Of a stretch of 64,000 nt of DNA, positions 51,703 to 63,358 are shown piece after piece (position 1 is the stretch's first letter; each line of letters begins with the position of its first letter). Position numbers and translations under genes: made by a program. The notes beneath the pieces were generated by a model that ran no database searches, had not been told where the DNA came from, and was given only the letters and a program-made list of their open reading frames with translations. This DNA comes from Podarcis liolepis (lineage: Eukaryota), in assembly GCA_965112155.1 (NCBI GenBank), contig OZ218105.1; one strand, given 5' to 3'.

Positions 51703-54123
51703 CTTTTTCTCTGATTCTGTTTTCCCCGCTTGGTCAGGAATATCTTGGGAAGCAGATGGAGGGGTCTGGTTCACATTGAGGTTTGGGTCCCCCACAGAAA
51801 ATACAGGAATGAGGGGCCTGAGGAATCTGAACTCGCTGCTCAAGGACCCACCGGTTAAGCAAACGTCATAGTGGTAACTCCTGGAAAGAGACCCGCTCTG
51901 AGAATCGCCACCGTTCTCTGGGATGTCGGGTCTGGCAGGTGGGAAGTGAGGAGGGGCAGCGATAAAACTTTCCCTGGGATCCCTCCTGCAGATCTTGATG
52001 GCAGCAAAGGAAACAATGCAAACGAGGAACACAAAGGAGACTGCAGCCAGGCAGATCACCAAGTACAAGGTCAAGGTCCCATCTTCTTCGTGCTCCTCTT
52101 TACTGACCTCCACAGCCTTCATATAAGGATCCGAAAAGCCACCCACGGGAAGGACATGGAGCATGGCAGTGCTGCTCTGGGGAGGGAGCCCGTTGTCCCT
52201 GACCACTATCAGGAGTCTCTGCTTGCTGGTGTCTCGCTCGCTCAGGGCTCTCCTGGTTCTCACTTCCCCATTCTGGGCTCCTATGCTGAAAAGACCAGGG
52301 TCTGTGGCCTTCAGCAGCTCATAGGAAAGCCACGAGTTCTGGCCAGAATCTCCATCCACAGCCACCACCTTGGTGACCAGGTAGCCGGCCTCCACCGACT
52401 TGGGCACCAGCTCATTACAGGGGGATGTGCTGTTCTGAAGAGGGTAGAGGAAGAAGGGAGCGTTGTCGTTTTCGTCTATGATTACGACTCGGACAGTAAC
52501 TTCTGAGCTGAGGGGAGGAGACCCTCCATCTGTAGCCCTCACCGTCACTTTGAAATCTTTGATCTGCTCATAATCCAGAGATCGGAGGGCATACAGATTT
52601 CCGCTTTCAGAGTTGACCGAGATGTAAGAGGCCACAAGGCCATCAGTGACCTTCCCAGGCAAAAGGGAGTAGGTGACCTTGGCATTCTTCTCAGTGTCCA
52701 GATCAGCAGCATGGACTGAGCCAATGAGCAGTCCTGGAATATTGTTTTCCCGTATCTGCATTTCAAATGAAGACTTTTCAAATACTGGAGGGTTGTCATT
52801 GACATCTGAGATCTCAATGTTAATCACTCTTGTTGAACTGAGCCTGGGGGAGCCCTGGTCAACGGCTGTGATGGTGATATTATACTCTGAGACCTTCTCT
52901 CTGTCCAAGGGACTTTGGACCACAAGCTGGTAATAGTTATTCATAGTGGATTTTAACATAAAAGGAAGATTTACCTCCACAGAACACATGGTTCTGCCAT
53001 TGTCTCCGGAGTCTCGATCTGTGACAGTGAAGAGAGCCACAAGTGTCTCCAGGGGAGAATCCTCTGCCAAAGGACTAGTGATGGATATGATGGACACCTC
53101 AGGGACATTGTCATTCACGTCTTCAACATCTACCAGGACCTTGCAGTGACCTGAAAGACCCCCTCCATCTGTTGCTCTGATACTCATGTCATAGCTGGCT
53201 TCTTTTTCATAATCAAGCTGACCAGAAAGGGTGATTTCCCCCGTGATTTCATTGAGGTGAAATAGATCATATATTTCTTCAGGCACTCTGTAGAATGAAT
53301 AGGCAATCTGTGCATTTGAACCAAAATCCAAATCTATAGCTTCCATTTTGAAGACCAGAGTTCCCTGTGGGCTGTTTTCCTTTAGCCTTACTTTATATTC
53401 AGAATGAGTAAACTCTGGGGAATTATCATTATTGTCAAGAACATCAATATTTATTTGAACTGTGCCTGTTCTCTGTGGCTCCCCTCCATCCACAGCTGTG
53501 AGAGTCAGTCCAAAGTATGAGTCCTTCTCCCTGTCCAGTGGCTTCTGCAGAACAAGATCCACATATTTCCTTCCATTTTTGTTGCTCTCCATGCTAAGCA
53601 TGAAATGTTCATTGGGACTGAGAGTGTAGTTTTGGATGTTATTTATCCCCAGGTCCTCATCTCGGGCAGATTCCAAGGGGAAATGTGTATTTGGAGAGAC
53701 ATTTTCAGGAATTTCCAAATCAAATGCCTTTTTAGAGAATTTGGGGACATTATCATTCACATCTTCTATCTTGATTTCAATACTGAAGATCTTTAAGGGG
53801 TCTTGCAACACAATTTCAGTGTTTAATAAGCAAGGATCAGTCTGGCCACATAATGTTTCTCGGTCTATTTTATCATTTATCAACAAATTCCCAGTTTTGC
53901 TATCAAAACGAAAATATTGCTTACTGTTCTTGGAAACCAGCTGGGCTCTGCGAGCAGAGAGCTCCCCTGTTCCCAGTTTCAAATCCTCCAGCACATTAGC
54001 CACTAAAGACCCCCTTTTCTTTTCTTCAGGCACAGAATAATGAAGTGAAATACTCAGTGATCCAGGAAGACAAAGAAAAAGCAAAAAATACAGACCTTGT
54101 TCCTTTCTGTAGCCGTCTCCCAT
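51703..54123 (-). CDS. PCDHB: Protocadherin beta-type exon, subfamily B
   Basis: 818-aa ORF from the ATG at 54123. Donor AAG|GTGAGG at 51703. Read-through stop at 51667. Confidence 0.95.
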
Positions 54124-54350
54124 GACTCAAGAATCTCTGGCCAAAAGATGAAGTTTCTGAGAGTCATCCAATGATAATCTCTGCTGCTGTGGAAATGAAT
54201 TTGATGCTGCCGTGTTGATGGCTTTGCTGTGCTCTATGTTATCTCTTTATTGCATATGAAAGTCACCCGTCCTTTGTTCCAGCCACCTTTTTGCTCATGG
54301 CTTCCTGTGAGTTCCTTCACAAAATTCTGAATTCCAGTTCATGTCTTTGC

Positions 54351-54373
54351 CTGTACTACCACCGTGTGGCTGA
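54351..54373 (-). promoter_or_regulatory. Beta promoter CSE / CTCF-like motif
   Basis: Minus strand cagCCACACGGTGGTAGTAcag, ~235 bp upstream of the ATG. Confidence 0.72.
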
Positions 54374-55208
54374 GCAAAGAAAAGCCATCAAGATTCAGTA
54401 AATAACACTGAATGCAGAGCACATTACACTGAACAGGAAAGGTTCAGATTCACAGTTTCTTTGTTCATAAAAGACTGTTTTATTACTAGGAAGATGCCTC
54501 TTTTCCATATGAATGAATGCAAATATCACAAAACAATGCATTACCTTCTATAGTTCTTCTACACTGTTGTGCATGGGATTCAATCTAACATGCGAAAATT
54601 CAAGTTGCACAGCACATATGGTGCTCTTGTGGAACAATCTCCCTCCCTCCCACCTCAATCAAACATTTTGCAATAAAGAAATTGACAGGAAAACACCTTG
54701 GAAAATGTAGGGTTACTATTGCTTCATTCAAGTGCCATATGGCTTTCACACAGGGAATGTAGCAGGCTATTAATATCTACATAAGTATTAGGATAATAAC
54801 ACCATATCAATTTATATACACAGCTGTGTTCTTTTTTCCTCACTTCTCCCCCCTCCCCCTTTAAAACTTTCTTTCCTTCTTTCTTTTAAGTAGTAAGAAT
54901 GAATGATCAATAAACTGGTCATATGGAAGCAACCTGCATCTCAGCTTTTGCATGACACCCCCCTCCCATGCCAAGAGTTTAAAGAGGTTATGAAGTTATT
55001 CTATAACACATCAAACCACAAAACTATAAATATGAAAGTTTATATCCCTCTATGCAAGGGCAGAAAGAACAATATCATAATACGACACAGGTAAACTGAA
55101 CAGGAAAAATATGGGAAGAATTTCAAATTCACATTCAGATTTCCTGCACTCAGCTGAATTCAGGCTTGCACCTCACAGATATAGGGGGACCAAACTAGAG
55201 GGAGAAAA

Positions 55209-55536
55209 GGTTATTAATTGAAAGATAATTATTTGAAAATCATTAATAGTTGGTACTTAACTCAGAGTAGGTTGGCTAAGATTTATAAAACAGAATCAGA
55301 TAAATGTTGGAAGTGTAAAGAAACGGAGGGAACTTTTTCACATGTGGTGGACATGTAAAAAGGTAAAAGTATATGGGGAAATTGAAAATTGAAAAAAATG
55401 TTTAAAACTACTTTAACACACACACACCAGTGTCATTTTCGTTGGGAAAAACCCAAACTAAAATTCCTGGGTGTGAGAAAAGGTTATTTATGTATGCAAC
55501 AATTGTGGTCCGTGCTTTTTTAGCCCCAAAATGGAA
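55209..55536 (+). mobile_element. L1-clade ORF2 fragment (C-terminal CCHC zinc knuckle) between the duplicated promoter copies
   Basis: Translates WYLTQSRLAKIYKTESDKCWKCKETEGT..HMWWTCKKVK with a frameshift, followed by LFMYATIVVR. Confidence 0.75.
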
Positions 55537-55717
55537 AATGATAATCTCTGCTGCTGTGGAAATGAATTTGATGCTGCCGTGTTGATGGCTTTGCTGTGCT
55601 CTATGTTATCTCTTTATCGCATATGAAAGTCACCCGTCCTTTGTTCCAGCCACCTTTTTGCTCATGGCTTCCTGTGAGTTCCTTCACAAAATTCTGAATT
55701 CCAGTTCATGCCTTTGC

Positions 55718-55740
55718 CTGTACTACCACCGTGTGGCTGA
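55718..55740 (-). promoter_or_regulatory. Duplicated, orphan CSE / CTCF-like motif
   Basis: Identical to 54351-54373. Confidence 0.7.
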
Positions 55741-56607
55741 GCAAAGAAAAGCCACTAAGATTCAGTAAATAACACTGAATGCAGTGCACATTATACTGAA
55801 CAGGAAAGCTTCAGATTCACAGTTTCTCTGTTCATAAAAGACTGTTTTATTACTAGGAAGATGCCTCTTTTCCATATGAATGAATGCAAATATCACAAAA
55901 TTACCTTCTATAGTTCTTCTACATTGTTGTGCATGGGATTCAATCTAATACGCGGAAATTCAAGATGCACAGTACATATGGTGCTCTTGTGAAAACAATC
56001 TCCGCCCCTGGCCCTCAATCAAACAGTTTGCAGTGAGGAAAATGACACGAAAATACCTTGGAAAGTGTATAATAACTTTTGCTTGATGCCATATGGCCTG
56101 CACACAGAGAATGTAGCAGGCTATTAATATGTATATATTGATTACATCATGGGAGTGCATTACATTGATTTTTTGTATTTTTTTCTTATACACAGCATTG
56201 TTCTTCTTTTTCCTCATTCCCCTCTTTTTTTCTTTGTATCACTTTATTTCTTTTTTTAAAAAGTAGTAAACTGGTCATCTGAAAGCAACCTGTATCTCAG
56301 CCTTTGAGTGACACCCCCTCCCATTCAGAGTGTTTAAAGGGGTTATGAAGTTATTCTATAGCACATCAAACCACAAAAATATTAATATGAAAGTGTATAG
56401 TCCTCTATGCAAGGACAGAAACAACAATATCAGAATACAAGGACACAGGTAAACTGAGCAGAATTTTTAAAGTAGAATTTCATACCCGCATTCATATTTT
56501 GTGCACTCAGCTGAATTCAGGCTACCACCTCACAGATACAAGGGGACCAAACTAGAGAGAGAAAATGAAATTAAACCATACTGAAAGGATTCAAATGCTG
56601 AACTCAC

Positions 56608-59031
56608 CTGGATAATGTTTTGACTTTCACCTGCATGACTGGGGACTCCTTCAGAATCATTGGAACTCCTTGGATTCAACTGAGTGTTAGGAGGCTCCAC
56701 AGAGAAAACAGGAAACAGGGGCCTGAGAAACCTGAACTCGCTGTTCAGAGACCCACCAGCTAAGCACACCTCATAGTTGTAAGCCTGGGATAGAGATCCA
56801 GCACCAGAATCCGCAGAGTTCTCCTGGGAATCAGGTCCCACCGGGAAATTGGCTCCAGAGTTGTAGGTTCCTATGAACTTTTCACGTTTCTGCAACTTGA
56901 TTACAACAAACGCCACTACAGAAATGAGAAAGATGCTTGAGATGGCAGCCAAGCAGATGATCAAATACATCGTCAGGCTGGGGTCTTCCTCCTCCGCTGT
57001 TTCCTCCTTTGGGAGAGCCACACTTTTCAGATAAGGGTCAGAGAAGCCGTCCACTAGGAGGATTCTGAGCGTGGCAGAGGTGGACTGGGGAGGATGGCCG
57101 TTGTCTCGGACCACCACAATCAGATTCTGCTTGAAGCTGTCTCGGTTGCTGACCGGCCTCAGGGTGGTCACTTCTCCATTCTGGGCCCCCACCGTGAACA
57201 GACCCGGCTCTGTGGCCTTCAGCAGCTGGTAGGAAAGCCAAGAGTTCTGCGCAGAATCCCTGTCCACAGCCACCACCTTGGTGACCAGGTAGCCAGTCTC
57301 TGCCCCTCGGGGAACCAGGTCATTCAAGGGGGAAGTGCCATTCTGGAGAGGGTAGAGGATGAAGGGGGCATTGTCATTTTCATCCATGACCTGAACGCGG
57401 ATGGGAACTTCGGAGCTCAGTGGAGGGGAACCTGAATCCACAGCCCTCACCGTCACCTGGAAATCTTGTACTTCCTCATAATCCAGAGACCGGATGGCAT
57501 ACAGGTTCCCCGTTTCAGAGTTGATGGAGATGTAAGAGGATGTGGGGCCATCGTTGACCTTCCCAGGCAAAAGCGAGTAGGTCACTTTGGCATTCTGCGC
57601 TGTGTCCAGATCAACAGCATGGACCGAATTGATCAGAAGACCAGGAATATTGTTTTCTCTTAACTGCATTTCATAGAATGGCTTTTCAAACACTGGAGGG
57701 TTGTCATTGACATCTGAGATTTGCACATGAAGTATTCTTCTGGAAGTGAGTCTGGGAGAGCCCCTGTCTGTGGCTGTGATGGTGATGTTATATTCGCTGA
57801 CTTTTTCTCTGTCCAGTGGTTGTTGGGTCACCAGCTGGTAATAATTGTTCTCCGTGGGTTTGAGCACAAATGGCAGGTTGACTTCAGTGGTGCAGGCAGT
57901 TCTGCCACTGTCCTCAGAGTCCACGTCTGTGACACTGAAGAGGGCCACCACTGTGTCTGGGGGAGAGTCCTCAGGTAAGGGACTGGTGATGGAAGTGATT
58001 GATATCTCTGGGGCATTGTCGTTCTCATCTTCAATGTCTACAATTACTTTGCAGTAAGCTGAAAGCCCTCCTCCATCTGTGGCTTTGATGTGCATCTCAT
58101 AACTGGTGATTTCTTCATAGTCAGTCATCCCTACAATAGTAAGTTCCCCAGTGTGTTTGTTTAACTTGAATGATCTCAACACATCTTCTGGAACTTCACT
58201 GAAGGAATAAGTGATGTGAGCATTGGTACCAGAATCCCTGTCAGTGGCTTCCACTTTTGCGACCAATGTATCCAATGGGCTGTTTTCCATTAGTTTCACT
58301 TTGTACTCAGATTGTGGAAAATGAGGTACATTATCATTAGCATCCAGAATATCGATGAGAAGCTGTGCTGTTCCAGTTCTTTTTGGGATCCCCCCATCGA
58401 TAGCTGACAGAGTAAGATAAATCTGTGGATTCACCTCACGGTCTAGCGGTTTCTCTAACACCAATTCTGCATATTTGCTACCATCACTGTGACTTTTCAC
58501 ATCCAGCCTAAAATGTTCATTAGGACTAAGGGTGTAGTTCTGAACAGCATTTTTTCCTTTGTCTGAGTCTTGAGCTTTCTCCAAAGGAAATCTGATATCC
58601 ACAGGAGTCTGCTCAGGTATTTCAAGAAGGAATTGATTTTTAGAGAATTTGGGGGAATTATCATTCACGTCCTCTATCTGAACTTCAATTCTGTGTAGCT
58701 GCAATGGCTTTTCCAGCACAATTTCAGACAGTAGAACACAAGGTTCATTCTGACCACACAGGGACTCCCGATCTATTTTATCCTTTACTGTCAGATCCCC
58801 AGAATGAGGATCCAGCTGGAAATACTGCTTGGAGCTCTTAGAAACCAGCCGGGCTCTCCGAGCAGACAGCTCCTTTGAATCCACTCTCAAATCTTTTAGC
58901 ACATTCGCTACCAGAGACCCACTTTTCTCCTCCTCTGCCACTGAATAGCGGAAAGACTCACACACTGCTATTCATGCACAGAGACACAGGGAAAAAGACC
59001 AAACTTGCCTGATCTTGAGATGCAATTCCAT
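56608..59031 (-). pseudogene. PCDHB: Protocadherin beta subfamily A copy with a nonsense codon in the signal peptide (pseudogene or null allele)
   Basis: The ATG at 59031 gives MELHLKIRQVWSFSLCLCA*. TGA at 58974-58972 corresponds to TGC (Cys) in the 46-48 kb paralog. The rest of the frame is open. Donor CAG|GTGAGT at 56608. Confidence 0.85.
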
Positions 59032-59269
59032 TCTCCCAGCCTCTCCTCCTGAAATGCAAGGCATTGTCCTCTTGTCTGTTCCAAGGCGTGTCTCTTCTTA
59101 ACTGTATTTTTCTTCTGAAAGTGACACTGTGTCCTGCTTATTCCTACTGGAATTTCTGAAGACTGGCTTGCAATAGGGATCTGCTGTTTTTCCTGTGCTG
59201 ATTCCTTTGTCTAATGGCTACAGCTCTTGAGGAGAGCAACTGCTGCTCTTCAATTTCCTTCTTTTATCT

Positions 59270-59296
59270 TGTGCAATACCACCACCTTGTGTTTGA
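59270..59296 (-). promoter_or_regulatory. Beta promoter CSE / CTCF-like motif
   Basis: Identical to 48982-49008. Confidence 0.72.
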
Positions 59297-60097
59297 ACTA
59301 TGTTATGGCGTTATGAAAACCAAAAGTTTTTCCAGAATAAGAGCTGGTAAACATGAGCATCCATGTGGCAAGGCAAACGGCTGTCACCCCAATGGAGCAT
59401 AAACCCCATATTCCCAGCTTTCTTTTTTTTAAGAGTTTTTTTAGAACCTGAGATATGAAATAAAGCTTTTTTTTTCTTTTGATGATGATGATTTGGTGAG
59501 AAATTATAGTATTACCACCATACAGTGTTTTAGTTTCATGAATTGCTAGAGACACAATATGGGCTGTATGATTTGTTTCCATCTAAGGCATTCACAGTAT
59601 ACATTCACTGAAATCTATGGGCATGATTTTATTTTTTTTTAACATGCATTGATCTCTTTCAATTCCACTTAGTTGAATGCAATCCTTGGAACATTGTTCC
59701 TGCTCCCAAAATTATTATGTCATGTTTTATATTTCTTAGGCTGCTGAAACCTCCCAATGTTTGTTCCCCAAATCCCCCCCCCCATTACAGCCTAACCTAC
59801 AGTACCCACAGGGCTGCTGGGAGGGTAAAATGGGGAACAGGAGAATTATGTAGACCACTTTGTACAACTTTTACATTATTAATGTAAAACTAAATAAATA
59901 AAAACAGCCTATCTTCCAAAAAGGGAAGGAGAAGCTTTGAATGAAGGAGAGTTCCCAGCCATGATGACTGATTCATGAATATACACATTTCGATATGAAG
60001 TTTGTAAATGGTCTATACCTCTGCGATTCTTCAAAGGGCAGTTCATGTCATGTCCTTCAGGCAACTGCACCTCTTTCTCTAAAGCATACGCCACACA

Positions 60098-60413
60098 CAG
60101 GACTGGATTTAGGTTTGTTTAGGCCCTAAGCTACTGAAGGTAACGGGCCCTTTATATGTCCAGCTGTCTTTTGTCAACAATAAACTGTAGCTGGTTTTTG
60201 TGTTGAATATATGCTATATGGTAATTCCTGGACCTAATAGGTATCGGAGGAGCGTACACAACACAAAACACTGTTGCTACATGTAGGTGTTTTTTTTATC
60301 TTATATTTTGGAAATGTACATCCAGGGGTTTTTTTCTTTATTTTTTGGGGGGCCCCCAAGAGAGTGGGGCCCTAAGCTATAGCTTGTTTATCTTATATGT
60401 TCATCCAGCACTG
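60098..60413. mobile_element. hAT-type MITE
   Basis: Imperfect TIRs caggactggat / atccagcactg. Perfect 8-bp TSD gccacaca at 60090-60097 and 60414-60421. Confidence 0.8.
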
Positions 60414-62514
60414 GCCACACACACATGCCCTTCCAGACATGCTAGCATTCTGTATTACCAGTATTAAGGTTTCCCTGGCCATTCAGTCCTTTCAGTTCCT
60501 CACAGAGGATGAATATGTGTGGTTCAATATAAAGTTCACATTCATCTGTAAACATGGGCATGTGAGGAAGAGTCCCTGTTACTTACTACTCATTTAACTG
60601 GGTTCCTTCTTCCTAATGTGATATATACAAGTAGGAGCCCAGTACAAAATGTTGCACAGATTAGTAAAACAGTTCAGTGCCCCACACAAACCCTCTATTC
60701 TTTCTCTCTCTTGCTTCCCTTCCCCATGGGACATTCCTTCTCTAGTCCCCTCTTTCCCAGCTGAACGTTCTCTATAGCTGGGGCCCAGAGAGGAACCTCT
60801 GTGTCCGATCTTATCCCCAGTCAGTTGGGTCTCCCACCTTGTGACACCTGGCATATCTGCACACACAGAGTTCAGTCAACACAGGACACTCCGATCAGCC
60901 ATGGGTAGAAATACAGTAGGACACTTGCCATAATGCATATACTTAATACAGATGTTTATATTGATAGTTATACTTTATGTATAAATCTCATAACCTAAGA
61001 TAATACAGATCTTGTAGAACACAATGAGAGACAAGTTTCTAAATACTTCGTGACCCATTATGTGGTGTGGAAGTTGTTTATAGGACATGATATTTGTTCC
61101 AATGAAATATCATTTAAAGAATCATGTAGGAATAGAACAAACTTCAGTTCCATACTGAACATCTCAACATGCACCCGTGGAATTGATTTATGCTGTATGA
61201 CAGCTGATTACCCTCAATGGCATTTTTGCAGGTTTCTGAATACAATGGGAGACAATACTACTTAAGTCTCAGGTGGTTGCTGTGACCAGCAGAATCTTTT
61301 TCTATCTCTTTTAGGCACCAGGTATTTCTGGGGTGTTTTACAACACAATCCTAACCAAGTCTAATCAGAGGAAAGTACTATTCAATTCAATGGTGCTTAT
61401 TCCTAGGTAAGTGGGGTTAGGATTGCAGCCCTAGTCATCATCATATGCTGTGGTCCAAGGATGTTGCCTAGACACCAACCCTCTTCCCCACTTCTGGGTT
61501 CTCAAGCACATGCTTCTTGGCTCAGGGGATAGGACCAAGTTGCTTCTTTAATTTGTGCTGAGGGTGGAGGGAACACAAGAGTCTCTTCCAAGCAATGGTA
61601 AAGACTTCTGATGTGCTTGATCTGACATCAGTCTGGTGGGAACTCAGGTTACAGGGTCTGTGCACGGCTGAGTGTTCTGTTCAGTAGATCTTACAGCACA
61701 ATCTTAACCATGTCTAATCATGTCCTGCACTTGCAGGAAGGCACTATACAAAACATATGTTGCCAAGTTTCAAAGTAAAAGCCATAGAACTTAATGTCTC
61801 CACTCCTCATTTCTCATTATAATGGTGGGATGTGATTCAGCCAAATCAGCCTTGACTAGGTTCCTATAGCTAAGAGCATATAGGACTTTTTCATCTCCTT
61901 CCCCCATCGCTTTATTGTTCCTCACTCAGCCACAATCTCTCAGTGTCTTCAACTGAAACTCACTTGCAAACTGCACAAAAGTCTCTCAATTTGACCATCT
62001 TTTTCAGGGTGAGGACATCCTCTTGGCTAACATTGGCCAAGAAACCCATATTAACTAAGAACTATGAATATGTTTCACTACCATTAAAGCACATACTAGA
62101 TTTTCCCATTTACCTATGTCAGCAAACCATTGGGCAAAAGATACAATCCAAAAGAGAAATCTTTCCAGAAAAAGCCCCCCATTGATGTAGATTTAAGAGA
62201 ATGCACAGCACCTGCCAATTTGCCACCAAAGTCCCTCATTACACAACCAGCTCATTCTATCCTAGGTTTGGTATGGACCATCATCAAAGGTACTTCTTTA
62301 CAATGCCAGGTTTCAATTCAGTCTGTTGCACCATTTTGCAACTATAAACTGCAGAACCTGATTCTTACATCAAAGGGCATGTTGTTCAGTGGTAAAAAAA
62401 CTGCTCTGCATACAAAGCATGCCTGGTTCAAACCCTGGCATCCTCGGGTAGGTCTGAAAAGATACCTGGACCAATGGTTTGACTCATTAAAATACAGACT
62501 TCTATATTCCTGCT

Positions 62515-62587
62515 TTTCCTGCTTGGCAGGGGGTTGTACTCTATGGCCCTTGTGGTCTCTTCCAACTCTATGATTCTATGATTCTAT
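62515..62587 (+). mobile_element. CR1 3' terminal fragment
   Basis: ttcctgcttggcagggggttg...ccaactctatgattctatgattctat. Confidence 0.85.
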
Positions 62588-63358
62588 TGCTTATGTTACC
62601 CTCTCCCACATTGTTTATTATAATGGCAGATTACAAGTCAGCCTACTTGCCCTTAACATATTAACAGTTCAAATTATAAAACAGAAAACTATGAGGGCCC
62701 AGATTTGTTTGCTCAAAATGTCGATGGTTTAAAAGGCCCGGATACATAAAAAGGTCATCTAACCCTGAAAAGGGTACTCAGAGTTCCTCCCCTGGAAGGC
62801 AATTCCACAGGTGGGGTGCCACCAGCAAGAAGACCCTCTAAGTAATGCCATGTATATAACTGGGAAGCCTGCTCTAATCCGGGCTCCTGTGTGCAGGTAC
62901 TTCAGCAGCTGCAGCTACAGGTATGTCGTCCACACCTTGGAGGTATGTATATTCTGGGACACATTGGTGTATCTGCAGTGGCTATGATGTTCTGAGCGAG
63001 TTTTAATATGCAGAAAGTCCAAAGGCAGAGGACCTAAATAGCAGGAGGGCTGAAGGAAAGAATCTGAACTCAACAATGGGCTGGGAAGAGGTGGCCTGCC
63101 TGAGAAATGGAAGGGTGGAAGAAGAGAGGAGGAGAGAGGAAACATCAAATGCAGACGATGGACCAGCGATGAAGACAGAGGGAAATGAGGAAAAAAGTTT
63201 CACATGAACTTGAAATAAACAGATCATTTTAAAATTGAAGCATGCTCCAAAATAACAAAATATATCGTCAATAAATTTCAAAAGAAATACACGAACATCT
63301 TATATGCCTAATTATCAATGTCAAAGTGACTAACTGGTGTACTTGGAAATTATTTCAC

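Larger units (their letters stand above)
54170..56565. repeat. ~1-kb direct duplication of the promoter/upstream region (54170-55208 and 55537-56565)
   Basis: Both copies start aatgataatctctgctgctgtggaaatgaatttg and end cacctcacagata..ggggaccaaactagag.gagaaaa. Confidence 0.92.

Noticed and set aside
32994-52506. Recurrent 200-aa plus-strand ORFs antisense to B exons (and 90-110 aa ORFs antisense to A and gamma exons)
   Set aside because: They recur only because the underlying exon DNA is near-identical and GC-rich. They start at non-ATG codons and show no independent coding signal.
58972-58974. TGA at a Cys codon as selenocysteine or programmed readthrough
   Set aside because: It lies in a cleaved signal peptide, and I saw no SECIS or readthrough context. 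A simple nonsense change is more likely.
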